Shown: one piece after another, positions 51,775-64,000 of the stretch
Layout: every line of letters starts with the position of its first letter
How positions within the stretch are numbered: the first letter of the stretch is position 1
Source of the DNA: Stegostoma tigrinum
Taxonomy: Eukaryota
Length of the DNA stretch: 64,000 nucleotides
Assembly (NCBI RefSeq): GCF_030684315.1
Contig: NC_081378.1
Location: forward strand, 16,856,575 to 16,920,574
Reading direction: 5' to 3'
Program-made: the position numbers and the translations under genes
The notes under the pieces: generated by a model
The model's input: the letters and a program-made list of their open reading frames with translations, nothing else
Databases searched by the model: none
What the model was told of the DNA's origin: nothing

Positions 51775-54279
51775 CCATTTTGACTTAGTCCCCTTCTCTT
51801 CCTAACACCACCCCCTTCACATTTTAATATCTACGTTGTCTTGTGGTGCAAAGGTAGTATCCCTCCCACTTGGCCAGAAAGTACAGATTTAATTCCCATC
51901 TGCCCCAAAGGTGCATCTTAATGTCCAGACTGTTTGGTTAAAATGTTTAGTTAAGAAAACACAGTTAATGCCTCTCTAGGTCAGCAGATTCGTATTATCA
52001 ACAAATGGAAAAGGAGTGTTGGTGATTTGTGGTGCTTGTGAAACTAACAAATTAAAGAAAAAGTGACTTATTAAAAAAAGTTGACTTTTGGGTCCTGTTT
52101 CACTGGTTTACTTACTGACTAGCCAGAAAGTCCCTCATTACACAAGCAACGGGATCATTGAAACAGGTAGATTGTACAACTGCAGTGCATCCTGAACCTT
52201 CCTCACAATCTGTGCTGTCTCTTAAGTACATTTGCATGCCTTTCCACTTTGCAAAGATGTATGGTTTTGTAAAGGCTGCTGTTGCACACTGTCCACCTCA
52301 ACTCCTACGTGCGCTTCATAGACACACCTGGTGTGCTTATTTGGTACCAGGTGGCTGTGATCCCTAGTTGAGAACTCTGTACATGGGAATCCTCCCACTT
52401 TCCATCAGTGACCTAGAGGGTATTGCACACAGCAATCCCATATATCCACAAATTGAGACAGTTCACGGCCTAACTGTTTATTTTGCAGCACTGTGGAGTC
52501 CGTGGACAATGTTTTTGTTCGTTGTACAATCTTTTGTTTTGGTTTTGATTTTGATTTTGATTGCACCCCAGCCCTACACTCCTGCTCTTTGGGCATCTGG
52601 TGCGGAGGAGTGTGGGAAGATCAGATGACTTCCTTGTGGGTCTGTTCCTGGGCCTGACCAGGCTGGCTGTAGTAGGCAGCAGGCTATGTTGGGGATCATC
52701 AGTCAACTGTCTGCTCCTCTTCCACAGCTATATTTGTGCCTGAGTGTCATTGGAGAAGGAGCACATGGTGTCCATCCATGCTGTTGATGCCTTTGGAGAG
52801 AGGTGGGCACTGCAGGGGTTACAGTGCTTTCCCCCCCCACCCCCAACTCCATTTTAATTTAGTCCATTTCTGTTCTTCCTACACCCCACTCTGCCTCTCT
52901 CATTTGATGGTTTGTGTTGCCCATAATGGGTTTTGCTTGTAAACACTCAGTTAGATAGGTGGGTGTTTTTACTGGTGGTGGTTGCTAGTTTAAAGAAAAG
53001 CAAAAAAACCAGTCACAGTGATTTCCATGGTGGAAGGATGTTCTATTGGTGTGATTGCACTTCTGGGTAGAACCAAAATCTTAAGCAAGTTGTGTAGCAA
53101 GCCTGTCAACTTTGATGGACTCATGACCTCCCCCTGCAGGAAGCTCTCAAACCACAAGCAGAAGTGTTGAACTGAACTTACATTTAATTCAGGGAGTTCA
53201 GCAACACCACTGTCTAAAGGGTTGCTAATTCAAGATACTTACTTTGATTAAAATTATAACTGTTAATATTATTTAAATACTGTTACAGTGGTCATGATAA
53301 CCAAGTTTAAAGGATTTTTAAAAAAAAAAACAAAATAGTGTGCTCCTTATGAACACATTGTAATTTGGTTTTGTTGCCTCCAGGCCCAAAGTAGAATCAC
53401 AGATGACATCTTAAATGCTCATGATCAGATATTATTAAATTATATCATTTTAAACATTGATGCATTGGTGTTTAGCACAACTGGCACAGACTCTCTTTAT
53501 ATCATGGGAAATTAAGATGATATATGTGTATTCCTTTCACATCAAGTATAAATCATAAAAAGAAAACACTGACTTCAATTCTAGTTAACTATTTAGAGTT
53601 AAACATTCAGAGAAATGTCAGATGATGACAATGGCTGTCGTTGTATATTAGCTATTATTGATCAAAATGAAAGTAACTCATTAGCAGTTTTTTGGACTGG
53701 GCAAGTTAATTTTATCTCCTGATCACTCTCTGATAAATATTTAAAATGGAATATAACAAAGATCTCTTAAAAGTATACTAAGTAACTACATTCCTAAATA
53801 AGTGACTAATGAATAAACATTGTACCCAAGCAATGAGACATCATTTATGAGTGTATGTAGAGGCAGTGCTTGGATTCAGAAAGGTGGAATCAAACCAGAT
53901 TCAAATATAAGCTTAACTTATGAAGACAGCTTATAGAAAATCTGCTCTTTTAGAAGAAAGGCAATTGAGGAACTGGCACAATCCTGGACTTTGAACAAGT
54001 AAAAGGAATGCATAAGGTAATTTTAGACAGATGCTTTGTACAAATAAGAGAGGTACACCTAGCATGGGAAATGTAAAACTTCAGGCATTTTATTGATAAT
54101 TAAGATAATATTTTATATCACCAGTTAAATGATTGAATAAAAATAAGACTAATGGGATGTTGGTAGATAGCTGGTTCTAGAGGAAAGAGGTGTAAGAATT
54201 GTGGTTGCATTATCAGAGTTTCATAACAGATTACATTCCTCATGGAATAAACTATATCGTTTGCTGGACAGCTGCTTAC

Positions 54280-54384
54280 CATGTATGTATTTAATGAGTA
54301 AAAGCACAAGAAGAACACTACATGCTATTCCACCACAAATGGAAAGTAAAATGAATGACAGCATCCAAAGATGTCCATTACGAT
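54280..54384 (-). CDS. Gene B: transmembrane exon
   Basis: Acceptor atattttgcag|AT, donor CATG|gtaagc, 105 nt, phase 1-1. Encodes DRNGH-LWMLSFILLSICGGIACSVLLVLLLI-KYIH, with no charged residue in the TM. Confidence 0.88.
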
Positions 54385-55107
54385 CTGCAAAATATGGATT
54401 GTAGACTCACAATGTGCAGAATTATGCAGACAATCTGCTAAAACTCAAATTGAATTTAGATTAAAAAAAACTGTAGATGCTGCAAGTCTGAAACAAACAA
54501 GACAAATTTCCGGGGAAACTCAGCAGGTCTGATAGCTTCCATGGAGAAAACAGAGTTAACATTGAGTCCAGAGACCCTTCTTCAGAAACGAGTTTGTCTG
54601 AAACAGAAGGGGTTTGGTTGGATCAGTTGACTGGACAGCTGATTTGGGATGCAGAGTAACACCAACAGCATTGGTTCAATTCCAGGTCTAGTCAGGATTT
54701 TTATGAAGGACTTTCCTCCTCAATCTCTCACCTTGCTTGAGGTATGGTGATCCTCAGGGTAAACCACTATCAGTTACCTCTCTCTCTCATGAGAGAACAG
54801 GCCTATCACCTAGTAGCATAATGACAACTTTACCTTCTATGTGTATATATGATGAAGAAAGGCAGAGGCTTTTCAGCCCCAGCAATGATTCTTTTGGCAC
54901 TGCACTACTTACAAGTTCTCCTCTTAAAACCACTCCTTTTTATGCCTTCCAATAGTTAGCCAATTCTCTATCCTTGGTAATATTCTTGCCCCAACACCAT
55001 GCATCATCTAATTCACCCAATGCAAATGAAGCAGTATTTCTGCTACGTATTGAAAGAAAAATGCCACAGATACATATTCTGAAGAGTTTGATAATATTAC
55101 ACCTTAC

Positions 55108-55419
55108 CTTCACCTCTTGGGTGTACATGAATGAGGATAGTACGGTTTATCTTGAATTGTGAAGCAGGATGCTGAATCATACAAGTGAATTCATTTGAGT
55201 TATTACAGTTTTCAGTGGAGATGTTAACAATGGCCATGTAGTTGTATGTTCCATCAGGGTTAGATGTCTGGATTTCGTTGGTGAGCTGGTTGATGAGACA
55301 GGTTGTTTGGAACATCATTGTAATAGTGTTTGGATAAAAATTGTGTGCTGAACAGTTGATTGTAGCTGAAGGTGAAGATGTTTCTTTAGAAGATGCAAAT
55401 AGCCAAAGAGAAGGAGGAG
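55108..55419 (-). CDS. Gene B: C1-set Ig domain exon
   Basis: Motifs APPSLWL, INCSAHNFYPNTI, NPDGTYNY and FTCMIQHPAS (C1-set FYP, NxDGTY, CxxxH). Acceptor ttttcataactag|CT, donor GAAG|gtaagg, 312 nt, phase 1-1. Confidence 0.88.
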
Positions 55420-56460
55420 CTAGTTATGAAAAGGAGGGCAGAGGATTGGTTAATAATAGAATCAGATTAATGTCAGCTCAATGTGCAATTGAACCATCCA
55501 GACTTCCAAAGCTATTGAAACAACCTGATGTGATCTTGAACAGATATCTAAACATAAAGAAGGAATGTTTTTAGTAATAAATCACTTTCTAGATGGTGTC
55601 AAATATTTATGTATTTCCATTTTCACTCAATCTCAATTTTAGTTTTTCACCAGTCTGGTAATTGCACCTTAACTCTTTACATGAAATCTTTTCCTTCCTG
55701 ACTTTACCTTCCTTTTGGTCCATCAACTCCATTCTCACCATCGCAACCCTATCCCATCTACGTTGATGTTTTAGATCTGTTAGACCTGCCATTATCTGTT
55801 AAATATTTTCAGACATTTTTCAGCCTAAATCCCATTCTAGCATCGGATGCGATTTGCTCAATTTTCCATTTGCTTAACCGCTCTCATTTCTGTCACGCTC
55901 TCTTGCCTCTGTCCCATTTATTCTACATTGCCCCTACAATTACTGCTGGCGCCTTGCTGTTTTATTTTCTCCCACTTCTTATCAGTATTTTAAAAGTACG
56001 TTCCTTCATCCTATTACGAGAATTGAATAAGCAAGGGATGCACCACTCATGAACAAACTAACAACATCATCACCAGCAAACCAATCATGTCAGCTTGCAC
56101 TGGATTCCCAACAGGTTTGACCTAAGTGGACTCGCCGAGCCTGTACGCACGGATTCGGAACCAGGGGAGAAATTCGAGATTCTTACGAAAGGGCGGCTCC
56201 CCAATTCGTGCCGGGTTAATCCTGCAGGAAGCAGAGTCAAATGGATGACTCGCCCAGCATCGACTGGTACATCAGTAAATACCTATTTGAAGTCAAGTTG
56301 CTGATGCCACTGGGGTCGTTCAGGGGCTCCTCTCCAACTCTCCTTTTTACTATTAGAGTGGCTTTTGTTTGAACTTAGAAAAATACTTGGTTAATACGCA
56401 TCTTAATTTAGCAAAGAATTACTACACATGTTAAGAACATGATAGGCACAGTATGCACAG

Positions 56461-57720
56461 TAGAACATAGAACATTACAGCACAGTACAGGCCCTTCGGC
56501 CCTCGATGTTGTGCCGACCTGTCATACCGATCTCAAGCCCATCTAACCTACACTATTCCATGTACGTCCATATGCTTGTCCAATGAAGACTTAAATGTAC
56601 CTAAAGTTGGCCAATCTACTACCATTGCAGGCAAAGCGTTCCATTCCCTTACTACTCGGAGTAAAGAAACTATCTCTGACATCTGTCCTATATCTTTCAC
56701 CCCTCAATTTAAAGCTATGCCCCCTCGTGCTCACTGTCACCATCCTAGGCAAAAGGCTCTCCCTATCCACCATATCTAACCCTCTGATTATCTTATATGT
56801 CTCAATTAAGTCACCTCTCAACCTTCTCTCTAACGAAAACAGCCTCAAGTCCCTCAGCCTTTCCTCGTAAGGCCTTCCCTCCATACCAAGCAACATCCTA
56901 GTATTTCTCCTCTGCACCTTTTCCAAAGCTTCCACATCCTTCTTATAATGTGGTGACCAGAACTGTACACAATACTCCAAGTGCGGCCGCACCAGAGTTT
57001 TGTACAGCTTCACCGGAACCAAGAGGTTATGGAACTCAATCCCTCTATTAATAAAAGCTAAAACACTGTACGCCTTCTTAACAGCCCTGTCAACCTGGGT
57101 GGCATGTTTCAAGGATCTGTGTACATGGACACCGAGATCTCTCTGCTCATCTACACTGCTAAGAGTCTTACCATTAGCCCTGTACTTTGCCTTCTGGTTA
57201 CTCTTACCAAAGTGCATCACCTCACACTTGTCTGCATTAAACTCCATTTGCCACCTCTCAGCCCAGCTCTGCAGCTTATCTATGTCTCTCTGCAACCTAC
57301 AGCATCCTTCATCACTATCCACAACTCCACCGACCTTAGTGTCGTCTGCAAATTTACTAACCCATCCTTCTATGTCCTCATCCAGGTCATTTATAAAAAT
57401 GACAAACAGCAGTGGACCCAACACCGACCCTTGCAGTACACCACTAGTAACTGGTCTCGAGGATGAACATTTCCCATCAACTATCACCCTCTGTCTTCTT
57501 TCAGCAAGCCAATTTCCGATCCAAACTGCTATATCTCCCACAATTCCATTCCTCCGCATTTTGTACAATAGCCTATTGTGGGGAACCTTATTGAATGCCT
57601 TGCTGAAATCCATATACACCACATCACCCGGTTTACTCTCATCTACCTATTTGGTCACCATCTCAAAGAACTCAATAAGCTTTGTGAGGCACGACCTTCC
57701 CTTCACAAAACCATGCTGAC
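56461..57720 (-). mobile_element. CR1 LINE 3' fragment, same young family as 14667 and 35560
   Basis: 343-aa RT ORF 56591-57622; tail TAGAACATAGAAC. Confidence 0.93.
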
Positions 57721-59415
57721 ATAAAAGACCAGGATATAGTATCGATTGCTAGTGAAGTAGCTGCTAATGGCAGGAGGCGATTTCGAGTTGTTGTCCGGGA
57801 CAGATTCTGATTTCAAGTGGCTAGTGTGTCTGGTACCCTGCAGATATTTTCTTTTCACGGATAATTATAAAATTTTACGAGTCATCTTGATAAAATAGAC
57901 CACTTATGAAAATTGTTGCTGTTTTCCCCTTTTTCAATATTCTGCAAAAAGAAAAGAAATTAGCTTATTTCAAGGATATACCTGACTCTGAAAAAAAAAA
58001 TCAAACGTCTGCAGGTGCAGTTACACTTGAAACGTTAACTTGTCACTTCTTCGACAGATGAGGTCCCTGATCTGCTTCGTCTTTCCAATGTTTTCTCAAA
58101 TAAGTAGGCTTCACTAATAAGTCAAGGAAATAGCATTTAATTATTGTAAATACAACGTGTACCGTGTGCTCAGAGGGATTACCAGCGAAGGATCAAAAAC
58201 TTGTCAAAAAGAAGTGGTTTTAAATATATTAGTTAAGATATTTCTTTTAAAGAGAGAATTGAGGTGAAACCTAAGACAGAATCGTCAACTCATATATAAT
58301 TATCAAATAAAAATAGCAGGAGCATTTCATAAATATTTCATGTTTGTCTTTCCCAAACTGAGGCCAAAGTGAATGTTACTCAAATGAGCAGTTGAGGTGA
58401 ATTAGCCATTCTACATTCCTCGTGGTGTCCAGGGATGTGTAGGTTAGGTGGAGTAGGCATGGGAAATGCAGAGTTACAAGGATGGAGTGGACCTGGATGG
58501 GATGCTGTTCGAAGGGTCGGTGTGGATTCGATTAGCCGAATAGCCTGCTTCCACACTGTAGGGACTCTATGACGGCTTATTAGAATAACCAAATTTATTT
58601 CACTAGTCCAAGTTGAGAAATAGAGAACTTCTAAACCTTTAAGAGGAGATCTTTGCTCCAATTACTCCTTATGCATGGAAGGAAAATTATGTATTTTGAT
58701 TATTTATAGGATAATTTGTTATTACAGTTTGAATTTTTCTCATTACTTCACTTGCATTAATTTTGTTAAAGTTAGCTCATTGGGAAAAGTATGATCTCTT
58801 TTAGGTGGAATAAGTGGAAATTTAATCTATATATTATGATTTGTGGCTGATACCTGTCCGTATCACAGCATTGAGATTCCAAAATTTGGTCAATAATTAC
58901 CTCCCCTCCCTGCCTCGTTCCGTGACAAACTCGCACATTACTGCGACGAAAATAGAAACTCGTTTTCTAGCTGCCATCGTTGATGTGACTATTGCGTTGC
59001 TGTTTACTTTTGTTAGTCTCTCTCTTGATTCCTTTTCCTATTATTATTTTCCCTCCATCGTTTCTGAAAATGCTTTACCGTTTGCTGAAGTACAGCACCC
59101 GCTCCTGTGAATGTTCTTCATGTTCGACCTTGGAAACTGAAAATCCCAGGTTTGCTCGACCACGGAGACCAGGATCCTTCTGCCTTCTCAGCGTTTTTAA
59201 TGTAGATTTCTATCTGGAATTCTTGCAATGCGTTGAGGGTGAGAACATTCCAAACCCTGAATCAAATGTAACAATTCTACCATCATCTACAATTAGCTAA
59301 CTCCATAGACTGGCGATCAAACTTGAAGCGTCTCATCTTTATGGCATATTCATTGCAGCTAAAGTTTTCACCAATTTCCTAAGGCATATTAAGGATAAAA
59401 ATATAGCATCGTTAC

Positions 59416-59766
59416 CTGTTACACTCAGCATTGTTCCTTTGCCAATTCTTTTAACGCTTGGTGGAGGCGCGACCTGAAACATCTCACAGTAGTATTGTCC
59501 GGTGTCATTGACTTGAACATCAGCAATCGTTAAAGTGAATGCTCTCTCAACTAAGTCATGCTTTGCATAATATCGATAATGAGTCACTTGGGGTACACTG
59601 GTCGTTAGGTTCGCAATGATCTTTGGAGGTGCTTGCTCAATATTACGGAAAACCCACCATGCTTCGAATCTTCGTAGATCTGGTACTGAGTGGAAACAAT
59701 TTATCGAGATCAGGCCTCCCTTTTCGACCAAAAGATGACCAGGCTGTTGTAAATCTCGCTGTCCAT
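59416..59766 (-). CDS. Gene B: germline-joined VJ-type IgV exon
   Basis: Motifs DGQRDLQQP, GGLISINC, WW, FTLTIADVQVNDTGQYYC, then EMFQVAPPPSVKRI and GKGTMLSVT (J-like GxGTxLxV). Acceptor ttttttgtcaag|AT, donor ACAG|gtaacg, 351 nt, phase 1-1. Confidence 0.92.
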
Positions 59767-60759
59767 CTTGACAAAAAAGTTAAATTTGTGCATTATTAGC
59801 AATGGATGTGAATATATGAAACGCCTGAGCTAAAGTCGTAGGAATGGTTAACTCAATTAATTCCTTCGTTTAAATAGAAGAAAAAACGTTTTTTTCTGTA
59901 TTAACAGCAATGCGCCTTATGTTTCTCACACAAAATATTTCATACATTTTCACCTTGTTGGGCTATAATTTTGAAGATGTTCCAACAGGTGTTCAACAAA
60001 AAAATGAGAAATTTAGTACATGGTGTTAAGAGGTCATTAAAGTACAGAGATGGTCACGAATTTCCCGATTGCGTACTAATGTAAGAACATCACTGGTAAT
60101 GAAAGTGTAAGCGGCATACTTACAAAATACTTAGCAACATAATATAGAATGAAAGGTATTACTGTCTGTAACAATCTTGCTAACTGAGCATATTATGCCA
60201 TTTTAGTTACACTAAACAATACTGTATGAAAAGTGAATTGAGGTGCATCGACGTCTAGTTTACGAACGGCACATGAACAAGTGATTTAAGCGTTAGTGGA
60301 TCAAGTGTTTTGTTTTGCGTTAATCACCAAATTTTTGATGGGTACAATGCTTATTTTGGCAAGTTTAAATACGTTTTCCACAGATGTTAGTTAGTTATTA
60401 GCACAAAGGCAGTTTAGTATGCTGCGCAATTAAATCAAACATTGGCACTTAAAACCGCGTGGTAGTTCAGTTAAATATCAGTAGAAACAAAGTCAGATAT
60501 ATGTAAATACATTAAATGCTGCTGATGTAGGCGATTTTGAAATGCTATTTTAGACCGAAATAGAATGATAACTAAAACCTCAGCTGAGAAATAAATCATA
60601 TCTAACTCACAACCCATTAGCTTATTTAAATTATAGACAATTGACTCAGATCATTACTGGCAATTCGCTATAAATGTCACACTTTGATAGTTATCTACAA
60701 CTCTAACTTCAAATTTAATGCCTATCCAATTTCAACAAGCACTTCATTTAAATAAGTAC

Positions 60760-60814
60760 CTGTAAATGGTAATAGCAGTTGTAGGAAAGTGTAGACAATT
60801 ATCATGTCGCACAT
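60760..60814 (-). CDS. Gene B: signal-peptide exon MCDMIIVYTFLQLLLPFT(D)
   Basis: ATG followed by a hydrophobic core and donor ACAG|gtactt in phase 1, giving ...LPFTDG-QRDLQQP when joined to the V exon. Confidence 0.75.
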
Positions 60815-61689
60815 AGGTGAAGTTCCTAGTCAGAGATCACCAACCAAACCGACTGCATCACGTGCAAACCTTAATAACGCTAATCCAGTTCAGTCTATTT
60901 CTTGAATAGCATGAAGTAACCTACAAAGGATGTGGAACAATGGTGAGGGCACATGGACAAAACAATAGGTGGCAGGGCATTGTGGGTGCAAATCTGTACT
61001 GCTAGATCACTGGGTTATAGGCAGCTGTGACTGCAGGAAGAGCTCTATATATGAGATTTATATGTTGTAATTAAACACTGAATCAATTTGACTTGGATTT
61101 TAATTATTACTATGTAGAAATTGAGCCTTCTAAAAATTTTAGTGCAGCCAAACTGAAGCAACATTTTTGAGGAAACTGCATAATTAACAGCCACATTTTT
61201 CTATGAAGCTTGTTAAATATAAATATAATAATTTAACATATTTCATGCTGGGGTTTTGAGGCTTTATGTCTACCAGTTTGTGGGTTGACCTACATATAGT
61301 CTATTTCCTTACGTAGACAATTTCTGTGGTATTAAACTGGTGTAATCCCAATTCAACCGTCCATTCATCTAAAATGCCATCATTTGTACTGTTAATTTGT
61401 ACACCATGCAGCACCCAGATTAGTGTTAGCTCATTCATCCAGTCATCTGTTAGGGGCAATACATTTTTCCTTTACCTTTTCATGGGGTGTGAGTTTTAAT
61501 GGCAAAGCCAGCATTTCTTGCACAATTAACCTTGAACTGAATGGTTTGCATAGCTCTTTCATAGGGCAGTTGAGTCATCCATGTTCCTATAGGTCTGCAG
61601 TCACAAATAAGTCAGACCAGATAAGGATGACAGATTTCCTTCTCAAAAGAACCTTAGTGAACCAGATGAGTTTTTACAACATTTGATGG

Positions 61690-63830
61690 CGCGTTCTAGG
61701 AAATCACCACTGTTTGTGTGAAAAACATGCCTCACATCTCTTTTAAGCTTCCTCCCTTGCGTCTTGAACCTGTGCCCCCTAGTAATTGACTCTTCCATCC
61801 TTGGAAAAAGCCTCATACTTTCCACTCTATCCATGCCATTCGCAATCTTAGAAACTTCTATCAGTTCATCCCTCAACCTCTTGTGTTCTAGTGAAAACAA
61901 ACCCAGTTTATCTAACCTTTCTTCACAGCTAAAATCCCTCATTCCATGCAACATTCTGTAAACCTTTTCTGTACTCTGTCCAAAGCATCCATATCCTTCT
62001 GGTAGTATGGCGACTATACCTGTACACAATATCCCAAGCATGGCCGAACTAAAGTTCTAAAAAGCTGCAGCATAACTTGTCCATCCTTGTACTCATTATC
62101 CCTTGCAATGAAGGCAACATGCCATAGGCCATTTTTACCACCTTATCACCTGCAGTGATCTGTGGACCTGCACACCCAGATCCCTCTATGTATCAATACT
62201 CCTAAGGGTTCGGCCATTCTCTGTATAATCTCCACCTGTACCTGACCCTCCAAAATGCATCACCTCATATTTGTCTAGATTAAACTCATGTGCCATTTTT
62301 CTCCCCATGCCTCCAACTAAGCTGTATCCTCTGACAATCCTCCTTACTGTCCACAACTCCGTCAATCTTTACATTGCCTACAAATTTACTGATTAGACCA
62401 GCTGTGTTTTCCTCCAAATCATTTATGCAGATCATGAACAACAGAGGTCCCAGCACTGATCCCAGTGGAACATCATTAGTCACAGCCCTCCATTCCAAAA
62501 AGGATCATTCCCCCACTACCCTTTATCTCCTATGACTAAGCCAGTTTTTTATCCATCTTGCCAGCTCACCTTGATACCACTTGACTCCACCATTTGTACT
62601 CATTTGCCAAAGGCTTTAATGAAGTCCATGTGTACAACATTAACTGCTTTGCCCAGGTCAATCATCTTCGTCAGCTCCTCAAAAAACTGAATCAGTACAG
62701 TGAGGCACAGCCTCCCCTGCACGAAACCATGCTGTTTATTGCTAATCAGTCTATAGGGAATCTAATCTAAATGCATAAAGATCTTGTCCCTGAGAATCTT
62801 TTCCAATAATTTCCCGACCTCTGAGGTGAGGCTCACAAGCCTGTAATTTCCTGGATTATCCCTGCTACCCTTCTTAAACAATGGGACAACATTAGCTATT
62901 CTCCAGTTCTCTGGGACCTCACCTGGGGCCAAAGAGGATATAAAGACGTTTGTCAATACTCCAGCAATTTGTCCTCTTGCCTCCCTCAATATTCTGGGAT
63001 AGATCCCATTAAGACCCAGGGCCTTATCTATCGTAAAACTTTTTAAGATACACAACATCTTTCCCTTTTTAACAGTAACTTGGCTTGGAAATTCAACACT
63101 CCCTTCCCAGAGATCATCTTCCATCATTTCCTTCTCTTTGGTGAATACTGATATAAAGTATTCGTTTAAGATCTCACCTACATCTTCTGGCTCCCCACGT
63201 ACATTTTTTCCTTTGTCCTTGAGTGGGTCAACCCTTTCCCTGGCTACCCTCTTACTTTTATATTTGTATGAAAAGCCTTGGGATTCTCCTTAATCCTGTT
63301 TGCTAATGAATTTTCATGACCCCTTTTAGCCCTTCTAATTCCTTGTTTAAGTTCTTTCATATTTCCCTCATAACTTCAAGGGCTTCATCAGTTCCCATCT
63401 TGCTAGACCTTATGTATGCTTCCTTTTTCTTTTTTACCAAGGTCATAACATCCCTGGTCAGTCAAGGTTCACATAAGTTGCCATACCCATCCTTCACTCT
63501 CACAGGAACATGTTGCTTCTGAACTCTTATCAACTACCGTTTGACATATTCTCACATAAACAATGTGGATTTACCCTCAAACAGACACCTCCAACCAACA
63601 CACTCCAGTTCCTGTCCAATATTGTTGCAGTTTGCCTTCCCCCAATTTAACACCTTCACCCGAGCACTGCAGTTATCCCTATCCATGAGTAACTTAAAAT
63701 TCACTGTATTATGATCATTACTCCTGAAATGTTCCCCACTGAAACCTTGCTCACCTGCCTGGGCTCTTTTCCCAAAACTAGGTCTAGTATAATCCCTTCC
63801 CTGTTTGGACTGATTACATACTGTGTCAAG
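61690..63830 (-). mobile_element. Older CR1 LINE ORF2 remnant
   Basis: Fragments GEHFRSNDHN, GIYPRILRE...[21 protein letters not shown] and LFSLEHKRLR. Confidence 0.85.
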
Positions 63831-64000
63831 AAAATACAGTGTCAATTTTAGACTTTATAATCAAATTTAAATTCTACCAGCTGCTGTAATGGCATTTAGA
63901 CCCACATCATCACATCATTGGGACTTTGTTTCCACCAATATTTTGTCAATATCTTCTTCCTCGATAGGTAAGAAAACCCTGCCTTTGGAATTTTAGTGAC

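Noticed and set aside
59416-59766. Rearranging TCR/Ig V or J segment
   Set aside because: V and J-like strands are fused in one exon, I saw no RSS, and the gene ends in ITIMs with an uncharged TM.
59954-60025. Candidate leader exon for gene B (KFLIFLLNTCW...)
   Set aside because: No in-frame ATG (the nearby ATG is followed by TAC TAA); 60760-60814 fits better.

Overview
Vertebrate genomic DNA, almost certainly a shark/elasmobranch (inferred from an HE1-type SINE, abundant CR1 and Penelope elements, and the gene families present). It is repeat-rich and has one 203-N gap (12589-12791). Reading splice sites by hand gives two minus-strand, head-to-tail immune genes that the ORF track shows only in fragments. 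Gene B (60814->41376) looks complete at about 334 aa: signal peptide, germline-joined VJ-type IgV with a CD28/CTLA4-like 'APPP' FG loop, C1-set Ig, TM, and a cytoplasmic tail with two ITIMs. Gene A (CpG promoter ~24300, coding 19099->762, running off the window edge) splices in frame, with phase-1 junctions throughout, as signal peptide, B7/butyrophilin-type IgV, TM, 30-nt micro-exon, NACHT/HD1/WHD/HD2 and the first LRR. This predicts a cell-surface Ig receptor whose cytoplasmic tail is an NLR, the top candidate novel system here; it needs transcript confirmation. A second notable structure is a full-length Tx1/L1-type retrotransposon inserted inside the hammerhead ribozyme of a Penelope element, with the same junction seen twice and a diverged copy of the target sequence at its own 5' end.
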